Notes under the pieces: generated by a model | The model's input: only the letters and a program-made list of their open reading frames with translations | What the model was told of the DNA's origin: nothing | Databases searched by the model: none | Part shown: positions 57,530-64,000 of the stretch, piece after piece | Numbering within the stretch: the stretch's first letter is position 1 | Layout: every line of letters begins with the position of its first letter | Made by a program: the position numbers and the translations under genes | Assembly: GCF_004010195.1 (NCBI RefSeq) | Contig: NC_057719.1 | Coordinates: 47,679,808-47,743,807 of the forward strand | Length of the DNA stretch: 64,000 nucleotides | DNA from: Chiloscyllium plagiosum | Taxonomy: Eukaryota | Direction: 5' to 3'

Positions 57530-57884
57530 TCATAGAATAGAATCCCTATGGTGTGGTAACAGGCCATTTGGCATGACAAGTCCACACTGATGCTCCGAAA
57601 GTGTCCCACCCAGACCCATTCACCTATCCTATTACTCTATATTTACCCTAATTAATGCACCTAGCCTACACATCCCTAAACATTATGGGCAATTTAGAAT
57701 GGCCAATTCACCTAACCTGCACATCTTTGGACTCTGGGAGGAAACTGGAGCACCCGGAGAAAACCCACCCAGAGACGGGGAGCATGTGCAAACTCCACAC
57801 AGACAGTCGCCTGAGGCTGTAATCAAACTCGGGTCCCTGGTGCTGTAAGGCAGCAATGATAACCACTGAGCCACCGTGCCGCCC
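57530..57884 (-). mobile_element. HE1-type V-SINE nested in an older minus-strand LINE (about 57100-58700)
   Basis: Reverse complement of the SINE consensus; flanks resemble 43000-43910 and 46830-47490. Confidence 0.78.
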
Positions 57885-58719
57885 TACCGTTACCTATTTC
57901 TTTGGAGTAAAGTCTAGCGATAATACCATTAAGCCATCACTGTTTTGTCCTCGAAGGTGGCAAGCTTCTTGAGTGTTGTTGGAATTGCGCTCATCCAGGC
58001 AAGTGTAGAGTATTTCACCACATTCTTAACTGAGTGTCTTGTAGATGGTGAATATGCTTAGGGAGTGTCAGGCAGTGAGTTGCTCATGCAGGATTCTTTC
58101 TCTTGTAGCCACAGTATTTAAATGGCTCATCAATTTCTTTTTAATGGTTATCCACACCTTGGTGGTTGTGAGGGATTCAGTGATGGTAATGCTATTCAAT
58201 GTCAATGGACAATTCTGTCTTGTTGGAGATAGTCACTGCCTGGAATTTGTGTGGTTCAAATATTGCCACTTGTCAGCCCAAATTTGGACATTGTCCAGCT
58301 CTCGCTACATTTGCCCATGAACTGATTCAGTTTCTGAGGAATTGCAAATGATGCTAAACATTGCACAATCAACATCAAACATCCTCACTTCTGACCTTAT
58401 GATGGAGAGAAGGTCATTGATGACATAGCTGAAGATTGTTGGGTCTAGGACACTGCCCTGAGGAACTTCTGCAATATGTCTTAGAGCTGAGATGACTGAC
58501 TTCCAACAACCACAACCATTTTCCTTTGTGCCAGGTATGACTTCAACACAGAGAAAGCTCCCCTCTCGACTCTAGCTTTGCACAGACTCCTTGATGACAT
58601 ACTTGGTCATATGCAGCCTTGATATCAAGGCAATCCCTCTCACCACACCTCTGGAGTTAAGTTATTTTGTTCATGTTTGAACCAAGGCTATGATAAGAAG
58701 AGGAATTGTCATCATCTTC

Positions 58720-59600
58720 CGCCATTTCCACTGTTCCAGCAGGTGCCACTACTGAACACATATTTCCCTCACCTCCCTTGTCAGCATTCCACAGGCATTA
58801 TTCCCACCATGCATCATAATCCAATCTTCAGTCACTCCTAATATTTCCTCAACCCTGATGGCACATTCTAATGTAATTACAAAAGGTGAAACACTTGCCC
58901 TTTTATCTTTTCTCTTCTCACTGTCTAGGGACTAAATACATTTCAAGATATAGCATCAATTACTTGTACTTCATTCAATCTAGTCCACAGTATTCACAGT
59001 TTGGTATCCTTTACATTTGTGAGACCAAATTCAGTCTGGGTGATCACTTTGTGGCACACCTCCTTTCTGTCCAGAGGAATGAACTCAATCTTTCTGGCTG
59101 CTTGTTATTTCAATATATCCTTTTACCCCAGTGCTCATATTTCCATCCTAGAGCTGCTGCAATGTTCTAGTGAAGCCCAACGCAAGGTGGAGGAACAGCA
59201 CATCATTTTCCACCTAAGCACCTTACAGAGTTTAGACTTAATTTGTATTCAATAACTTTAGAACATGAACACAGTCCTCCGTTTTGGTTACACCTTCCCA
59301 ACTCCCTAACCCCACACCCCACCACCCCACAGGTCTCTTGTTTGTGGGGATTTCCTCTCTGTAAAGCCAATCCATTTTTGACTATTCTCATCTATCATTA
59401 ACACCTATTTTGTATAAATATCACTCTTTTGCCACCATTACCTTTTGCGTGGTCACCAACTGTCCCAATAACTCTTTGCCCCTTTTGTCAACAACTTTTA
59501 AACCATAATTTTCCAGCTGTTTAGTTCCAAAGAGAAACTTGAAACTCTGATCCTCTTTCCACATATGGAGTTTCTCTAGCACTTTTTGTTTTTTATTTTC
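58720..59600 (+). mobile_element. Decayed Penelope-like element (GIY-YIG remnant)
   Basis: Similar to 12420-13830; FGILYICETKFSLGDHFVAHL in ORF 58886..59170. Confidence 0.6.
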
Positions 59601-60959
59601 AGAACTAAGCAGGTTATTGCTAAGCAAATGCTGTTTATTGGCCTTGTTGATAACCACTTCCATCACTTTACTAATGATTGAGAGTAGAGTGATGCAGCTA
59701 AATCTTGATAAGAGACTGAGCAACGTGGGCAATGGTGGAATTTGTGGCAGAATTGGGTAAGCAGATGGGTGAGGCTGATCATAATATCAGGAGAATCTCA
59801 TTCCAACATTTATACCTTTGACAAGTAGCAAGGTGAGTTTTTTTGCTAGTTGCTATTTAAGGGGGATTATTGCATGTTAAATGCATTGTTAATAGCCTAA
59901 TTCAGTTCATTGATAATCAGGTTCCTACCTTATCAAACATGCTAATAGGCTGGACATCAATAAAACTCAATCTGGAAATCAGAGCAGGTTCCTGGCGAAT
60001 TTAGCTCACCACTTGCACTGAAGGACATTCCATATTGGAACTGGGCACTGCCATTTCAGGTGGCACTCAGGGGCACTGGCCACAGCCACTGACGCCTGAT
60101 ATGTCCAAGTCTCTAAGAATCTTCATGGTACAACTCCACTCCACTCTTAGAACACTTCTGCATCTCAATGCTGCATCTTGGGCTATTGATAGCTAGATAT
60201 CCACTGACAATTATCATTGTAATGCTGCAACAAGGACATTGTACACTCTGGAACACACACCCATTCATAGATTAGACTAGGCTGCACCTCTGGGCTCTTT
60301 GCTTGTTATCATAGAGCTCATTCTCTCTAAGCCTACCTGGATGCTTTCAACATCCCTGCCTTGCATCACCTTCCCTTGTCATTTTAAGCTTTGCCTACTC
60401 AGTCAGAGATACCAGGGTCATATTACTTTTGTCTTGCCTTGGCATTTAGTGCAGACACAACAGAAGGAAGTTTGTCATGTTTGTCAGCAGGCTTCAGTCC
60501 AGTCAAGAGGGATAATATTTGCTCAGAGTATCTCTGCTCAATAAATCAAAGGCAGCTTGCAATTTCAATCCAAGGGCTTGGACATTGTCAGCCAGCCACT
60601 CAGAGCATTCAGAGTCAGGTTGCTTTCCACAAAAGGGGTAGGGAGGTGAATATCAGGGTAACCCGTCACTTCTCTTGAGTCTTTCTGGCTTACTGGGGGC
60701 TTTACTTCTTCTTGGAATAAGAGAGAGCCAGGTACAATGGGAGATGTAAGTAGGTGGCAGAGCTACTACTGTTGGTGCAGTTAGGGAGGTGGCCCGAGAG
60801 AGTGAGATGCTGGATCGAGGGCATGCAGGGTTTGTGGTGTTGGACCTTGTGGTGGGAAGATGTTGCAGGCAATAGTGTGAGTCATAGAGCACAAGCCTTG
60901 GTGGGACATTAGCATAGTAGCAGAGAGAGAATGAATGTGGGGTAGCAGAGAGAAGATAG

Positions 60960-61185
60960 TGGCACTTACACTCGCACCGTGAAAAAGGTCATTGACCTAC
61001 ATCTTACAGTGCTGAGCATTGCCTGGGTAGCTGAGAATGACTTATTCCAGTCAGTAACCTTGGACCAGGCTGGTGTGGTGTGGTATTGCGATTTCCACTG
61101 CTAGTCCTGGGAAAGAAAATATCTGTACCGCCCCACCTGGTCTCTATCCACAAAGTGAGGCACCAATTTCACTTTGCCTGCCATG
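60960..61185 (-). mobile_element. Decayed Myb/SANT-like exon, probably Harbinger-transposon derived
   Basis: Broken frames read MAGKVKLVPHFVDRD..DIFFP..PAWSKV..AQHCKM*VNDLF, followed by a GTAAGT donor. Confidence 0.4.
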
Positions 61186-62197
61186 TCTGGGAACCATACA
61201 GAGAAGCTCTTTGGGTGCTCGACAGGCTATTAAAGATGATGCAGGTGGAAAGGGAATGGGGGGGCTCAGTTAGCTGGATAGCTGGTTTGCGATGCAGAAT
61301 AACATCATGAGTTGAATTTCTGCACTGGCTGAGTTTACTATGAAGGACTTTCCTTCTCAGCCTTTCCCCTCTCCTGAGGTGGGGTGACCTTCAGGTTAAA
61401 CCACCACCAGTCATCTCTCTCTAACGGCAGATCAATCCAAGGTCTGGTAAGACTATGGCAACTTTACTATTACCTTTAGGTGCAAGGGAAGCCTATGAAT
61501 CCTGGGATATCGACTGAGTTGGATGTTGTTCTAGTAATAGCATGTGGTAAAATTAGGCTCGAATTGAGCATAACAGATACTGTAGGTATATGGTAGATAG
61601 TTAATAGGGTATATTTGGTCAGATAAGGATAACAAAAAAAATCACTAGGCCTCATGGTGGAAATCCTTCCAAAAAGCTCAAAGCAACTTGGACTAATCAA
61701 AAACCCAATTTAGAAGTATGGGTCACTGGACTCGAAATGTTAACTCTTCTTTTTCTCTGCAGATGCTGCAAGGTCTACCGAGTTTCTCCAGCAATTTTTG
61801 TTTTTGTTTCAGATTTCTAGCATCTACAATTCTTTGTTTATATTCAGTACAATTGTCAGAATATTGTCAGTGTCAATAGCCTATGATAGCGTCATGTGTG
61901 TTCAGTGTCTTGATATTATGTGGAATGAATTGAGTAATTGGTATAAATTGATATGAATATAACTGAGAGAAGTGCTGATCTTTGACGTTATATTGAACTG
62001 ACACCTCATCTGTCAAGTGAAGTGTGCAAAATTTAAAGAGGAGCAGTGAGTTTTCCAAGTATACCAATTGACCTCATAGAAAACAGATTATCTTTCCTTC
62101 AATTTATACCCATCTTTGGCCAATAACAATGTATGAACTTCAAAAAAATTCACTGACTTAAAAGGATAATGAACTATTGAACAATTAAGTAAATAAA

Positions 62198-62325
62198 AGC
62201 TGAAAGAACTGCGGATGCTGTAAATCAGAGACAAAATTGCTGGAAAAGCTCAGAAGGTCTGGCAGCATCTGTGAAGATAAATCAGAGTTAATGTTTCAGG
62301 TCTGGTGACCCTTCCTCAGAACAGG
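62198..62325 (-). mobile_element. Penelope terminal fragment (fourth family) with hammerhead-like core and 13-bp TSD
   Basis: GTT-CTGAGGA-A-GGGTC(ACCA)GACCT-GAAAC-ATT-AAC on minus strand; ATTAAGTAAATAA duplicated at the flanks. Confidence 0.7.
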
Positions 62326-62579
62326 ATTAAGTAAATAACATGAATATTGAAAATCAGACGTCAGTGGTTCCTGGGTTAAGTTTGTTTCCAGAGACCTGAG
62401 CATATAACTTGGGCGTAGTATGCAGTGCACCACTGAAGATATGTTTCATTATTAGTGATGTGAGCTGAAATTTTCTCTCAGGTCAGGAATGTAAAAAAAA
62501 TGCTTTATAATAACTTCATAAAATATTTAGAAATGCATTGATATTATGAAGAAAGCTTTGCTAGTTATAAAGTGTAGAA

Positions 62580-62905
62580 CAGGTCTCTCCGGTTGCAAAG
62601 AACATGTCTTTTGTACAGACATCCCTGATAAGGCTAGACCTCAAAACCCATTCAAAAACCAACCTAGAAAAGGTTAAAAACAGCCTCTCAAAAATGAATA
62701 AATCATTAAGGACAGGAAAAGATTTTTTTGAAGTGATCCATGCTAGTCAGTCCTCATCAAACAAAAGACGATTGGGAAAGGATGCTTCCCAGGACCTCAG
62801 CTTGAAAGGCATCGAACAGAAGAGGCGAAAGCTAAAAACTGATTAGAAATGTCTGCCACCCCCAGTGGCAGAAATTGGCTTCATCAGTCATCTGGGACAG
62901 TAAAC
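62580..62905 (+). mobile_element. RTE-like LINE 3' remnant
   Basis: KNSLSKMN..FEQKRR-like stretch and terminal IGFISHLGQ, resembling the RTE ORF end. Confidence 0.45.
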
Positions 62906-64000
62906 CATCCTTGCTTGTCATGGGTTATATGCTTCTCCTGCCTACTTACCTGATGCATTATTTTTAAAACTTTGATTCTTAATAAACTACTTAATGAACT
63001 GTTTTTAAATCACTTAGAACCTCAAACTTCTCTTTTGGTTGACTGTCACTCCCAGGATACAATCTTACATAAATTTGGTGGAGGGAGAATATCAAGTCAA
63101 GAAACCCTACCAGAGTTAGATTCCTGAAACGATCCTTCAGTGCCAGGCAAATTGGCATCCAGAAAGCCATTTCTCATCCAATTATGGATGGCTACCATTG
63201 CCAAAATGTGACAGGGTGGTGGTCTCCCTGCCTCTGGACCAGAAGGTCTGCGTTCAAGGCCAAACTAAGGATGTGACGACCATAGAGGTGTGTCATAACA
63301 TGACCAAACAGATTGATTAAAAATAAATTAAGGATAGCAGGCAGCCTCCAGAGGTCCTCCAGAAATTACACATCGGTAGACCTACAGATTGAGCTGGAGA
63401 TGTGAGAGAGAAAAAAAGAAAGTGAGAGAAAGGGAGAGAGGAGTGCCTGTATCTTGGGGAAACCCCCTGAACCATTTCTAAAGTTTAAGACTAGAGGCCA
63501 CAAGCAGTGTTGGAAATGAATGATCACATGACATTAATTTGAAAAGCTTTTTCATCTTGGCCAATATTTGTCCCTCAGACCCAGAGCAGTAACAGAAATA
63601 AATCTCTTATTGCTAATTGTGGGAACTTGCTGCAGTCAAATTAAATTTCACCTTTCTTATGATGTAAACATAATTTCACTTTTCACACTAATCTTGCTTT
63701 TAATGAAGGTGTTAACCTCTTTAAAGTAAATTATGTAATGCATAAAGAAATACAACTCATGTTTTCATTGAAAATGTAACTAACTATCTAATTTCAATCT
63801 AAACTAGGCTGTAGCTTTGAACCAAGTCCAAACTTAAGTCAATTTCTCCAACAGAAAAATGATACAAGGAGACATTAAGGAAAACAGAAAAAAAGAAAAA
63901 AGCAAATAAAACTGTTTGGTAATGGCTTTACATTTACGGCAACAGAAAATGTCAAAAAGAATAATTTTAGTAATTTTTATATAATTTAAATAATTTTTAT

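Noticed and set aside
61476..62067. Possible upstream exon of the SLC51A-like gene
   Set aside because: Lacks the poly-Cys motif and compatible splice sites; the upstream exons probably lie beyond the window.
1..64000. CRISPR array or prokaryotic defence system
   Set aside because: Eukaryotic intron-exon DNA; the recurring repeats are dispersed retroelement termini, not regularly spaced arrays.

Overview
Repeat-rich, AT-rich vertebrate genomic DNA, almost certainly from a shark or other elasmobranch (HE1-type V-SINEs, CR1 LINEs, abundant Penelope-like elements). It has a 500-N gap at 36999-37498 and a 15-N gap at 49281-49295. (1) Twenty coding exons of WDHD1 (AND-1/Ctf4) lie on the minus strand from 36606 to 2511. 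All have GT-AG boundaries and join in frame (2686 nt, about 895 codons). The first coding exon and the C-terminal HMG-box exons are not visible. (2) The last three coding exons of a divergent SLC51A/OST-alpha-like gene (55753-50139, minus strand) sit directly upstream of the WDHD1 exons. (3) Most notable: a 3.5-kb segment in a WDHD1 intron (25915-29429) is bracketed by a perfect 16-bp direct repeat. It carries Penelope-type terminal repeats with intact-looking hammerhead ribozyme cores and about 2.8 kb of apparently foreign genomic cargo, including a 132-bp TSPEAR-like exon with its splice sites. This is a candidate Penelope-mediated transduction of a host exon. (4) At least four different Penelope-derived repeat families across the window carry minimal type-I hammerhead motifs. 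Protein identifications come from recalled homolog sequences, not from a database search.
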